Of a stretch of 64,000 nucleotides of DNA, positions 29,041-38,935 are shown piece by piece. The translations under genes and the position numbers were made by a program. How positions within the stretch are numbered: position 1 is the stretch's first letter; every line of letters starts with the position of its first letter. The DNA comes from Acidobacteriota bacterium (GTDB lineage Bacteria > Acidobacteriota > UBA6911). Below the pieces are notes generated by a model that saw nothing but the letters and a program-made list of their open reading frames with translations, was not told the DNA's origin and did no database searches. The stretch covers positions 4,096,001-4,160,000 of the forward strand of contig OY761556.1 of NCBI GenBank assembly GCA_963664705.1, read 5' to 3'.

Positions 29041-29241
29041 CTATTTGTATTCCAAAATATCGCCGGGCTGACACTCCAACGCTTTGCAAATCCCCTCCAG
29101 AGTCGACAGCCGGATCGCTTTTGCCTTGCCATTCTTCAGCACGGAAATATTTGCCATCGTGATACCGACCTTCTCGGCAAGCTCGGTTACGCTCATCTTC
29201 CGCTTCGCCAAAATGACGTCGATGTTAATGATGATTGCCAT
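29041..29241 (-). CDS. Cro/C1-type HTH transcriptional regulator (YozG-like)
   Basis: IIINIDVILAKRKMSVTELAEKVGITMANISVLKNGKAKAIR..L.CQPGDILEY. Confidence 0.95.
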   Translation of the reverse strand: MAIIINIDVILAKRKMSVTELAEKVGITMANISVLKNGKAKAIRLSTLEGICKALECQPGDILEYK

Positions 29242-29251
29242 GCGGGTCTCG

Positions 29252-29728
29252 CTATATCGTTAAGTCGTTTTCGGACTTTATATCCAGGGCGCTTTGCAAA
29301 AGTCTCTCAAACACAGCCGCGGCAGCGGCAATCACGGAAGAGGCAAAAGTCGTGATAATACCCATGAAAATGGCAGGCGGCTTCTCTTCGGGATCGTTTA
29401 GCAAGAGGCCGGCTACGCCCACGATGATAAAACCAACCGTGGCCATCGCGCAGTATTTAATAATCCGCAAGGCTCTCACAGACCGTTGTGTAAATACCTC
29501 ATTGCGTCCTATATACCCCAACAGTTTGAATGCTTGATAGAGCGCCGCGAAAAAGGGAATAGAGGCTATATACGCGTATGCCAAAAACGGATCTTTGAAG
29601 TAAATCTCAAAGTTCGTGGCGTGCGCATTCCTGCCCTCAATGCGAGGCTCCCCAAGGAGGACGGCAAGACCGGCAATACCGATGAGCACGACTACTATCT
29701 GAAGAAATATCGTTGGGCTTCGTTTCAT
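29252..29728 (-). CDS. DUF2975 (YoaS-like) membrane protein
   Basis: Four TMs; ALYQAFKLL.YI..N.VF; ends DIKSENDLTI; canonical pairing with the HTH gene. Confidence 0.92.
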   Translation of the reverse strand: MKRSPTIFLQIVVVLIGIAGLAVLLGEPRIEGRNAHATNFEIYFKDPFLAYAYIASIPFFAALYQAFKLLGYIGRNEVFTQRSVRALRIIKYCAMATVGFIIVGVAGLLLNDPEEKPPAIFMGIITTFASSVIAAAAAVFERLLQSALDIKSENDLTI

Positions 29729-29918
29729 AATGCCTGCACTCCGATTACGCGCGTATGGTTATTCAATATTACATCAGACCACTGGCGTAGAATCGGCTCC
29801 CCACCGGGTCTAATGAACACCCTGGATAATGAGCGGCTATTTTTCCTTCGTGAAAACCTGGTCCCCCTTGGCTCGCTTGATCGTCAAGAGTCTTAATGGT
29901 TGTATCCTAGCTTACACA

Positions 29919-29958
29919 TTATCGTTTATCAATATATATTTATCGTTTATCAATATAT
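29919..29958 (-). promoter_or_regulatory. Tandem operator-like direct repeat upstream of the DUF2975-HTH pair
   Basis: ttatcgtttatcaatatat twice (29919, 29940), 21-nt period. Confidence 0.65.
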
Positions 29959-30100
29959 CGCAAGAACGAATCTGAAGCTGGCGGCGCCAAAGCTCCGCCG
30001 ACATATGACGAAGGCCTGGAATGAAGCGGGGTCCACTGGAATACCGATGTCTCGATGCTGGATGATATTTGCTCAAGGAGCAAGGAATCGCGATGCATAT

Positions 30101-30457
30101 CCGGCCCGGAGGGGCGATCAGAAAGTAGACATAATGGAGTGATCGGTCTCTAGCATGTAATATCGTGGGTTACAGCTGAAGTCGCGGTGACAGAAGCTGC
30201 AGAGCCATAAAACATGAGGGGTGAAGCGCAGCGGACCCCTGGATTGGATTAGGCCGGCAAATAACCCTGAAGGGGCGGCAGAATGCCGATCTTTCGCCCT
30301 TTCAAAGCCCTTTCCCACGCTTATCTTTACCAGGGGTTCGCTGCGCTTCACCCCTGGCTGCTCGCTTTCGGCCCTCCGGGCCTGGTGCTTCCCTCGCGTC
30401 GCAGGGCTCAGAACAAATAGTATGCGGCATTGGCCGGGACGGGACGTTCCCAGTGGG
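30101..30457. repeat. REP doublet/composite element with an 88-nt insertion
   Basis: ggcccggaggggcgatcagaaagtag...aggggtgaagcgcagcg / cgctgcgcttcacccctggc...gccctccgggcc arms; inner ccctgaaggggcg / cgccctttca; ends acaaatagtatgcggcattggc. Confidence 0.85.
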
Positions 30458-30491
30458 ATATCGCTAATCAGCCACGGCAAGGGCTGTCTGG

Positions 30492-30704
30492 TTAGGATGC
30501 AGGATTGGATTCCTCAAGAGGCTCAAGCTCGCTCGGCCTTGCGGCTCGAACTGTCCTGTCGGGAAGTTTGATCTTATAGATTATTCGCATTTGGCCCGGG
30601 GCGCGAAAGCGCTCTACGCCCAATACTGTTACCGGGGTTCCGGTGACAGTAAACCGTACGTTGTCACCGACCTTGAACTCCGCCTGACCTTGAACTTTAT
30701 CCAC
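30492..30704 (-). CDS. Small SH3/KOW-like hypothetical protein
   Basis: GTG after AGAGG; FKVGDNVRF...V.V...Y.I.L.D....SELEP. Confidence 0.65.
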   Translation of the reverse strand: MDKVQGQAEFKVGDNVRFTVTGTPVTVLGVERFRAPGQMRIIYKIKLPDRTVRAARPSELEPLEESNPAS

Positions 30705-31054
30705 AGCTAAAACCTCTCTGGTAAGGAGGGGTAACCTAACCGAAATGCGCTGCGCGCGCAACAATAATATAGGCCTGTCGCCCCCCCGCATTCTCAAGTC
30801 TTCACTGTGCCATTATCAGCGGATAGGATCAAGTCTCAGGCAACATTTCCGGTTACCCCTGCATGGTATCCGCAATGCCTGGCAGGAATGCCTGAGTCTG
30901 TTAATAGTCTGTATGCCCGGCTGCGGTAATCACTAATGCAGGAACCTGCATAACCCCCATTGCTTTTGGCTGTGATAGTTCGTATAAATAGGAATATTGT
31001 TCCAGACGGTTTTCATCGCGACAGGCCTGCTTTCGACATCGAGGAGATCCTCTC

Positions 31055-32545
31055 ATGATTGGAAAAATGCATGCGCATGTTCAAACCAGAAAAAGCAAAG
31101 TAATCGGGACACTATTTCTGAGCGCGATCGCTTTAGCCGCAATCTCGATTCAGTGGTCTCATTCAGCACCAGCGCGTTCCGTACCGCTTACGGTAACTAA
31201 ACTGACCGACAGCAATGACGGTGCATGCGATTCCGATTGCTCGTTGCGCGAAGCGCTTGCAGCCGCCGCATCCGGTGATGTCATTGTTTTCGCACCCGGC
31301 TTAAGAGGAACGATCACGCTGGGTGAGACATTAATGATTCTCAGAGATGTAACAATTCACGGGCCGCGGACCAAAGATGTCATAATCAGCGGCAATGAAG
31401 CTGTGCGCGCCTTCTACATCAATCCCGGAGTCAAATTTACGCTGAGCAACCTTGTTATCACAAAGTGCCGTAACATCGGAATGTTTGAAGCAAGCCCACA
31501 AACTCCTCCGCTCGTTCAGGGTGGCGGCCGGGCCGTTGGAGGAGGCCTATACAACAATCAGGGTATTGTGACCGTTGTCAACTGCACGTTTTCGGACAAT
31601 CGGGTGATCGGAGGACACGCAGGGACCGGCCCCCACTATGGCGGAACGACGGGCGGGGATGGATATGGCGGTGCAATATACAGCAGCGGAAGCATCGATA
31701 TTGTCGGAAGCACATTCTCGGGAAATCAAGCTCTAGGCGGGAAGCCGATCGAGCACGAGTCTGGCGGGCATGGTTTGGGAGGCGCGCTGTATACCAAAGG
31801 GAAAGGGGTTATCTCCAACAGCACTTTTTTTGGAAATTCTGCTGTGGGCGGAGTAGGAAGGAGAGGAAACTATCCCGGGGGCAACGGCAATGGGGGAGCG
31901 GTGTATGCCACAGCGGAGCTTCAAGTGGTCAACAGCACATTTTCCGGGAATCAAGCGAAAGGCGGCTCGGGCGGCATGACGGGATTTCCCGTTTTTGCAG
32001 GTCGTATTGTTGGGTGGGCCAATACGGGTGATGCGGGTGATGGCGGTAGTGGATATGGTGGTGCCATCTACATCAAGAGTAATGCATCGATCGCCAATTG
32101 CACATTCTACGGCAATGACGTACAAACCGGTTCAACGGGTGGGACCAGGATGAATAAAAGCTCGGCAGTGGCTACGGGCAGCTCAATTTATTCCCCACGC
32201 GCTGGAACAAACCGACTAACTGTTAAAAATACAATAATAGGCAACCGTTCTTCTGGTACCAACTGTGACGCTCCAATGGTTTCAAAAGGCTATAACATCG
32301 ATTCAGATGGAACCTGTGCTCTGGATGGGCCAGGAGACTTATCAAAGACCGACCCTAAGCTGGAACCGTTGAAGCAAAATGGAGGAAATATTTTCATTCA
32401 TGCACTGCTGCCATCCAGTCCTGCAATCGACGGAGGCAATCCTGCTGGCTGTTCAGATCAAAACGGTGCGCTTATCTCTACCGACGAACGCGGGCGGAGC
32501 CGGTCGGGCAGGTGTGATATCGGTGCTTTTGAATATTCAAGATAA
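31055..32545 (+). CDS. CSLREA domain / beta-helix / choice-of-anchor Q secreted protein
   Basis: D..DGACDSDCSLREA; repeated GGAIY/STFSGN.A.GG; DPKL.PL..NGG...HALLP.SPAID.G...DERG..R..CDIGAFE. Confidence 0.9.
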   Translation: MIGKMHAHVQTRKSKVIGTLFLSAIALAAISIQWSHSAPARSVPLTVTKLTDSNDGACDSDCSLREALAAAASGDVIVFAPGLRGTITLGETLMILRDVTIHGPRTKDVIISGNEAVRAFYINPGVKFTLSNLVITKCRNIGMFEASPQTPPLVQGGGRAVGGGLYNNQGIVTVVNCTFSDNRVIGGHAGTGPHYGGTTGGDGYGGAIYSSGSIDIVGSTFSGNQALGGKPIEHESGGHGLGGALYTKGKGVISNSTFFGNSAVGGVGRRGNYPGGNGNGGAVYATAELQVVNSTFSGNQAKGGSGGMTGFPVFAGRIVGWANTGDAGDGGSGYGGAIYIKSNASIANCTFYGNDVQTGSTGGTRMNKSSAVATGSSIYSPRAGTNRLTVKNTIIGNRSSGTNCDAPMVSKGYNIDSDGTCALDGPGDLSKTDPKLEPLKQNGGNIFIHALLPSSPAIDGGNPAGCSDQNGALISTDERGRSRSGRCDIGAFEYSR

Positions 32546-32595
32546 AACTGAGACGGAAAATCCCGCTTAAATGCAGCGTAGCAGTGGATTTTTAT

Positions 32596-33744
32596 TCATT
32601 TCCTCGATCGCCTGTCGTATCGCAGGAGCCAGTCGTAGATTTCCTTGCCCGGGTAGACCTGCCAGTGGATCCAGTGGCCGAGATCCGGTTCGGCCGTGAA
32701 TCTCAGGTTCCGGTTCCCTCCCCCAATCTTCCTGATGATTCGCTCTGTTTCTTCGAACGGAACGACAGTGTCCAACTTCCCATGGAAGGCCCACACTGGC
32801 AGGTCGAGTAGTTTGTCGATGTTACTATCGATGTAATCGAGATGACTCGTGAATCCGCTGATCGGAGCGATGGCCGCGAATCTTCGCGGATACCGGGCGG
32901 CGATGTACCAGGTGCCCGAACCGCCCAGGCTCGGCCCGGTCAGATAGACTCTGCCAGTGTCGATTCGGTATAGGGTGGTCGCTTCCTTGTAAAAGGTCTC
33001 GAACCAGTCATCGGTTGACCATCTGAGATGATCGGGACATTGCGGGGCGAGCATAATGAACGGGAACTCCCGCCCTCTGTATACCTGATCGGGGATCCCG
33101 GCCGAGTACAATTTGTTCAGATCGGTCCCCCTGTCCGAACCTCCGTGCAGGTAGATGACCAGCGGCCACTTCCTGACGCCATCCGCCTCGTACTCCTTTG
33201 GAAGGTATGATAGATATCGATAGCTGACGCGCCTTCGATGCTGGTTCATGCCGTGGCTGAATGTCGAATCGAACTGCAAGTCCCCCTTCTCGGACCAGTA
33301 TCTGACCCGACCGTGCAATTGTCCGTTGAGCCAGGGCTCCTCCGCTTCTTTCCGCCCGTTCTCATACCAAGCGGTGCTTGCACCGTTCAACCTGCCCCGC
33401 GCGAAACGGCCCTCGAATCTCATTTGGCCGTTCCGATACCATTCCGTGTACGGCCCTTCCTTGGTATTCGAGCGGTAGTTGCATTGATAATCCTCCTTCA
33501 CCCGTTTGTCGAAGGAGCTGTAGAAGGCATCCATCTGGATTTGTCCGTTCTCGAAGAAGTCCTGCACGTGGGACAGATGCTTCTGGTCGTCGCAATGGAT
33601 GGCTCGCGTGTAGACGATCGTCACGCGATTCGAGACCGCCTCGCGTAACACGTAGGTTTCAGGTACCTGGGCTTGCACCCCAAGGCAGAACAGCACGGAG
33701 AGAATGGCGACAGTTCGTTTCATGGCAACCAGGAATTTCACCAT
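32596..33744 (-). CDS. Secreted MORN-variant repeat + alpha/beta hydrolase (esterase/peptidase) fusion
   Basis: EWYRNGQ..EG....G.LNG...WYENG; PLVIYLHGG, MLAPQCP, YLTGPSLGG, VWAFHG..D.VVP, GH. Confidence 0.85.
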   Translation of the reverse strand: MVKFLVAMKRTVAILSVLFCLGVQAQVPETYVLREAVSNRVTIVYTRAIHCDDQKHLSHVQDFFENGQIQMDAFYSSFDKRVKEDYQCNYRSNTKEGPYTEWYRNGQMRFEGRFARGRLNGASTAWYENGRKEAEEPWLNGQLHGRVRYWSEKGDLQFDSTFSHGMNQHRRRVSYRYLSYLPKEYEADGVRKWPLVIYLHGGSDRGTDLNKLYSAGIPDQVYRGREFPFIMLAPQCPDHLRWSTDDWFETFYKEATTLYRIDTGRVYLTGPSLGGSGTWYIAARYPRRFAAIAPISGFTSHLDYIDSNIDKLLDLPVWAFHGKLDTVVPFEETERIIRKIGGGNRNLRFTAEPDLGHWIHWQVYPGKEIYDWLLRYDRRSRK

Positions 33745-33943
33745 ATTGCCTCAGCCGGAGCGGTTGTCGTGCTTTCTATGCGACGCTATGACACCATTAT
33801 CTACAGATGCTCGCCCGGCTGCTATGTACAAATACCTTGAGTCCCTCGAAGTCGCGATGGAATTATCCTGTAGCGTTTGCGGAGATAATGCCGAAATATC
33901 AATCAGCAAAATAAGGTCAGAATGGAACACTTCCTGTGTAGCC

Positions 33944-34489
33944 TTACCAATTATTCAACTCGCTCCGCTGCATCTGTTTCGTATCCTCAGGATGGAAGAG
34001 ATTGATAGCCAAAAAAGACGCAATCCTTGCCGAGTCGGCATCGATTTCGTATCGGCAGGCTTCCTCGAAACCAAAAAAGCTTCCGGAAGGCAGTATTGGC
34101 AGGGTTTTGGAGTTAATGCCGGATGGTTGGAGTTCACAATCCAAAATCGGCAGCGCGCGATTGAAAACCACGGCAGTCTCGTAACGCGGCGGCTTGTTTG
34201 AGGCGGAAATAGTGGAGCGTAGAACGAAGCCGGAAAGTGGTATGTCTTGCTCCGCGATTCTAAAATGAAGAGAAATTGTTGTGCCGGACGCAATCCGGGC
34301 CCTGGTCCGCAGCAGCGCTCCTCCCCGAGATATATTAACCAGGGAAGTCTCAAACCCGGAGCCCGAGACAACGTTCATGTGCGAAGACTTATCCGCTACC
34401 GTAAAGCGCGGCCATTGCCTTGTGCCCGGCCCAGCGAACAACCTTATCTTGTTTGCAGTGATGGCCGACGGCAAGGCATAAAAATTCAT
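33944..34489 (-). CDS. PilZ domain protein
   Basis: RQWPRF (RxxxR), NISRGGA, G.VLR, Y..AV.F. Confidence 0.75.
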   Translation of the reverse strand: MNFYALPSAITANKIRLFAGPGTRQWPRFTVADKSSHMNVVSGSGFETSLVNISRGGALLRTRARIASGTTISLHFRIAEQDIPLSGFVLRSTISASNKPPRYETAVVFNRALPILDCELQPSGINSKTLPILPSGSFFGFEEACRYEIDADSARIASFLAINLFHPEDTKQMQRSELNNW

Positions 34490-35036
34490 TTTAAAAGCCC
34501 CCCTAAAACAATTGTGGACCAGACCCAATCCTAAAACTTGTGATGATCGTCACGGTGTCGGCAGCTGCCGCTATTTGCTTCAATGCTTCTTGCTCTGCAA
34601 CTTCCAACCTGCGTTAGTTATCTCCGGACAGGCCTGTAGCTCAGGTGGACATGGGACGCAGAGAATCGACACATGCCAGCCTGGATTCACGATATGGGTA
34701 AGATGCTCCATTAATTTGGGGGTTAATAGCACAGGCCTGTTAACAAGACTTGCAGCGGGTTGGTCGACTTTTTACGGAGGATGCCAGGCAGGAAAAAGGG
34801 AGCTTCGCTTCAGGCGAATCTAGAACCAATGAGAGTAGGTGGATCCAGCAAAGAGCGCAAAGATACTTCAACTGAACGGACAGAGATACAAACAGCCTTA
34901 CCCGGGGCGGAAATTCGGTTTGTTGGCGCACAACAGCCTTGACGCCCCGGGTGTCTATTTGGGTAAACTTGGCCGGTATGAAGGCATTGTCAACCGCAGG
35001 TGCCCATGAATGAAAGGCTCGCTGCAAAAGGCCGGA

Positions 35037-35945
35037 CTAAGATGCGAGTTTTCGTATCTCGTCCTGCCGCACTCGGTCTGAATCGAGCCCTCTCCAGAAA
35101 GTCAGGACCCCATTGAGCATTTCTACCCCGCCTTGGATGAACTTCTCCGTGTCAATATCCGAGTGGCTGAAAAATTCACCTTCGAGTTCCTCCCAGGTGT
35201 GTTTGGCATGCTGGTCTTCAACCATATCGTGCCAGGTAAAAAAGCCGAGGGGCAGGCCGGGGCATTCGCGAGCTTTAAATATGCGCAACCCGCCGATCAG
35301 TTCTTTCCAGAATCCTGCAGCGGCCCAATTTTCAACTGCAAAGCTGGCGCCCGTCGCTGTGCTGGCATCCTCAGAGGCATAGATTCTTGCCAGTTCATCG
35401 CAGAAAAAGAGTGTGCTTTTCGATCCGTGCTTTCGCTTCCCGACATCTTTGAATTGCAGACCCAGGTGAGTGGTTGTGTGTAGAAGCCACTCGAAATGAG
35501 CCGCAGCAAAGTAAAAAGTAGATCCGTCCACCGTACCTTCAAATTCGGATGGTTCTGCCTTATGCTGCCCAGAGGCATTGCGATCCGAGGATTTCCTTTC
35601 GGGATTGTGAAAGGAAACTCCCAATTCGTTCATTAATATTTCCTTTGAGGCGTGCATCGCCTCCAGGGTAGGCGCATTGATGGTTTTCAGCAATTGCGCC
35701 ACAATGAAAAAATTGGAAAAAACGGAGAATTGCGTCAGGAAATGACAAAGGTCTTTTCTCTCGAATTCTCCCTTTTCGAACCAATGAGTGTATTGGTTGT
35801 TCACGATTACTTCGTGCGGCAGAATGTCCCGTTCGATACGTTCGACGAGACTGCAATACTTTTCAACGCTATCCTGTGGATAGGAGGTCGCCTGAAGGCG
35901 GGCGCGAGTTTCCTGCGCGCGCCGGCTTGCATAATCCGAAGCCAT
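35037..35945 (-). CDS. Heme-oxygenase-like diiron oxidase (TenA/PqqC/CADD superfamily)
   Basis: Helical; EILMNELG, AAHFEWL, FAVENWA..GFW, FF.WHD.VED.HA.H, FW.GL. Confidence 0.75.
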   Translation of the reverse strand: MASDYASRRAQETRARLQATSYPQDSVEKYCSLVERIERDILPHEVIVNNQYTHWFEKGEFERKDLCHFLTQFSVFSNFFIVAQLLKTINAPTLEAMHASKEILMNELGVSFHNPERKSSDRNASGQHKAEPSEFEGTVDGSTFYFAAAHFEWLLHTTTHLGLQFKDVGKRKHGSKSTLFFCDELARIYASEDASTATGASFAVENWAAAGFWKELIGGLRIFKARECPGLPLGFFTWHDMVEDQHAKHTWEELEGEFFSHSDIDTEKFIQGGVEMLNGVLTFWRGLDSDRVRQDEIRKLAS

Positions 35946-36101
35946 ACCTGCTTCCCCTTTTTGTTTCTGATTTCCTGTCTTTCCAAAATCTGTCCATCGA
36001 GGTACTACCTGAAATAAGGATGCTCTCCCGCCATCCCATTTTTCAATATCTGGCGGTGAGATCGCTCCGGGATGGCATCTTGAAAAGCCCGATTTGTTTG
36101 G

Positions 36102-36152
36102 TGGTGCCGGGGGGGTGGAATTGAACCGTCGACATGCGGATCTTCATTCCGT
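36102..36152 (-). repeat. Degenerate copy of the tRNA-Phe 3' half (att-like direct repeat)
   Basis: tggtgccgggggggtggaattgaaccgtcgacatgcggatcttca versus tggtgccggggggcggaattgaaccgtcgacacacggattttca at 37829. Confidence 0.88.
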
Positions 36153-36529
36153 ACAAGGCGCGTTTCACTAATCTGCATAGGCATTGAGGATGCACCCGCA
36201 CGAATACCGGGGAGGCGAGAAGCCTTCCTTCCCTCCATCCTGTTCATGAAGTGTCATCATCTCCGCGCAGTTACCCACCATTTACCCACAGCCCGCGGCG
36301 CGCTCGATTTGAGGACAGGAGTCCCATTTCGGGCTACCCCAGCATCGCCCCTGCACCCTCGATCAAAGCGCATGTGACCCGCTGGCGGAATCGGGACAAA
36401 AACAGACAATTTCGTCAAGATACCAGTTCTCGAAAGCCGTTGGTTCTAATCAAAAGGTTTATTGAATACCACGATGCAATATCCTATAATTTCAATATTC
36501 ACGTCACCAAAGATAGAAGGGACACTTAT

Positions 36530-37462
36530 ATGAAACTCCTCCGCCTCGTCACGCTTAGTGCGTTTTGTGGCTTTGCCACTTTAAGCATCATCGGATTTAC
36601 TGCACAGGCGCAAACACCCGAAATGTTGGTGGATTTCAGTGCAGACCAAGACGTAAATGCCGTAAATAGCATAGTCACTAAATGGGGAGACCAAACCACA
36701 AACCATTATGACGCGACACCAATCACCGCCAACGGCCCTACGCTCACGACGGCGGTTATCAACGGTAGGAATCGCCCGGTACTTCAATTCGACGGGACCA
36801 ACGTGTTGGTTGCTCTTCCGCATGTTCCACCGACAGGGACGCTCTTTATTGTGCTTAGCAATACGGCCCCTGATGGGAGTGACACCCGCGTAATTGGATG
36901 GGAAGGTTCATGCAATGGCACGCACGGGATTGGAATGTCTGCCAATTACAGATATCAAGGACTCATCGCTATCGCAAGAAATAGCAATGCATCGGGGGAC
37001 ATATCCATATCACCTGGCATTAGTGATGTGGAGGTTGTCACGATGAGTTGGGGTATTGAAGGCGTTACGTTAGAGCGGAGGCTGGTCGATGGTCAGGTTG
37101 TCAGCGCTCCGTCCAACACGAACATCAACTCCGTTAGCGACGGCGGATTTGCGCTTCATATTGGTGGTCCAGGCGATTACCCAGCTTGTCTTTCTCAGCC
37201 TTTTACGGGAAATCTTGCCGCCATACGAGTGTATAACGGGCAGCTTAACGCTTCCGAACGCGCTGCAGTGGCGAGCACTCTTTACAGTTACTGGATAGGT
37301 TTGAGGTTTGCGGGAACGCCAGGACAGCCAGACTGTCGTGGGAAGAGCATTTCGGCATTACCCGCACAAGTTCAGCAGGGAGTCCATAAAGCCGCTGCAG
37401 CTCTGGGGTTCGCAAGCGTAAAAGAATTGAAGGATGCCATTATCGCATACTGCAAGGACTAA
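36530..37462 (+). CDS. Secreted LamG/concanavalin-like protein with a Cys-bracketed C-terminal module
   Basis: Signal peptide; W.DQT....DA...P......INGR..LQFDG; F.G.LA.IRVYN..L...ER; tail FAGTPGQPDC.GKS.SAL...AAAALGF.SV..L..AI..YC. Confidence 0.8.
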   Translation: MKLLRLVTLSAFCGFATLSIIGFTAQAQTPEMLVDFSADQDVNAVNSIVTKWGDQTTNHYDATPITANGPTLTTAVINGRNRPVLQFDGTNVLVALPHVPPTGTLFIVLSNTAPDGSDTRVIGWEGSCNGTHGIGMSANYRYQGLIAIARNSNASGDISISPGISDVEVVTMSWGIEGVTLERRLVDGQVVSAPSNTNINSVSDGGFALHIGGPGDYPACLSQPFTGNLAAIRVYNGQLNASERAAVASTLYSYWIGLRFAGTPGQPDCRGKSISALPAQVQQGVHKAAAALGFASVKELKDAIIAYCKD

Positions 37463-37828
37463 GATCGGCCTCAGTGCTATTTAACATTCGCGGGGCAGGA
37501 ATGTATCGTCTTCTCTGCCGCAACGGACATGGATGCCGGGGATTCACGCCTCTCTGCTTACGTTCGCTTTAATCCGTTGGAAGTGATTCCGTGACAACTT
37601 GTACAAGAACTGTTGCGGTTTCGTGATCATCGGAAAAGAGCAAATCGATGCCGGGAAAAATTCCATTTTGAGGCGAAGCGGTTGACTGAAGGAAAAGAAA
37701 TTCTGCGCGCAAAGATCGATCGTCAGGAGAAACAGCATAGTTACCCACAATGTACCCACAAGGCATCATGCGACAACCTGAGACCAGGAAAATGGAATTT
37801 GTAAGTGGAAGGAAATCAGGGAGTTGTG

Positions 37829-37904
<76 letters not shown>

Positions 37905-38008
37905 ATTTGCGGAACAACTGCAAAGAGGAAGTTTTATACCATTGACGAGAGAAAAAATCTACCCAGATATTGAAATATCTTTTGACTCCCGTAAATCCCC
38001 GGGCTTCA

Positions 38009-38920
38009 TCACTTCCGGGATTCCGGTCCCGCCGCCCGAAAGCGATCCGGATAAGCCGCGACGAGCATTGGCGGCACGTCCGGCGCCCGCCCGTCCAGCT
38101 CTTCCAGTATTTCCATGGCATTTACCAGCGCCTGGCCGCGAAAGTGATTGTTCGTGACGGCGTAGGTTTCCTCCGTCCCCTGCTGCACCTTTTTTATCTG
38201 CGCTGCCAGCTGCTTCACTTCCTGCTTCGTATACAGATAGTCATAGCGGGCATCCCGTCCGGCATCCTCCTTGAACCAGTTCCCGTAATTGCGCCCGTGC
38301 AGCCGAAAATATCCCAGCCGCGCGGTGACCCTGGCATCGGGACGCAGCGAATCGCCGATTACCGGCTGATCCACATTGCAAAAAGCAACACCCCGTTCGC
38401 GCAGGAACTCGTAAAAGGATTCCTTGTCCCAGCTCCCGTGCCGCACTTCCAGTACCAGCGGAAAATCGGGCAGCAGCCGAAACAGCCGGTCCAGGTATTC
38501 CTCCTGCTCCGGAGCATGGCGAAAACGCCAGGGAAACTGAATCAGCAGCGCGCCCAACACTCCCGCTGCCACCAGCGGATCCATCGACCGACGCACCTCC
38601 TCGCAATCCGCTTTCAGCGCCGACTCCTCCCCGGCTCTGTTTTCGTGCGAGATCCTGTTCCATGCCTTCGCGGTGAATCTGAACGCCGGATTGTTCTTCA
38701 CACGTCGTGCCCAGGATGCCGTGTCCCTGGGACGCGGCGGCGCATAAAATGAACTGTTGATCTCGATGGTATCGCAATACTCGGAAAGGAATGCAAGCGG
38801 ATCCAAGGACTTGGTCCCGGGATAGACGATCCCCTCCCAATCCCTGTAATTCCACCCCGCGGGTCCTACACGCAGGCTGGAGTTTCTCCTGGCCGATTGG
38901 AACAATGAGCCCTGGAACAT
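38009..38920 (-). CDS. DUF72 family protein
   Basis: VGPAGW.Y.DW.G..YP; TIEINSSFY; LIQFP; LEVRH.SW; YFRLHGRN; TNNH. Confidence 0.93.
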   Translation of the reverse strand: MFQGSLFQSARRNSSLRVGPAGWNYRDWEGIVYPGTKSLDPLAFLSEYCDTIEINSSFYAPPRPRDTASWARRVKNNPAFRFTAKAWNRISHENRAGEESALKADCEEVRRSMDPLVAAGVLGALLIQFPWRFRHAPEQEEYLDRLFRLLPDFPLVLEVRHGSWDKESFYEFLRERGVAFCNVDQPVIGDSLRPDARVTARLGYFRLHGRNYGNWFKEDAGRDARYDYLYTKQEVKQLAAQIKKVQQGTEETYAVTNNHFRGQALVNAMEILEELDGRAPDVPPMLVAAYPDRFRAAGPESRK

Positions 38921-38935
38921 AGTATGAAATTCCGG

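Noticed and set aside
34555-34700. Possible c-di-GMP-I riboswitch upstream of the PilZ gene (minus strand gctacaggcct ... agcggcagctgccga)
   Set aside because: The GGCAAA...GAAA...GACGCAAAGC core is missing; an Infernal search would be needed.
37544-37804. Short ORFs next to tRNA-Phe as an integrase remnant
   Set aside because: No tyrosine recombinase catalytic motifs are visible.
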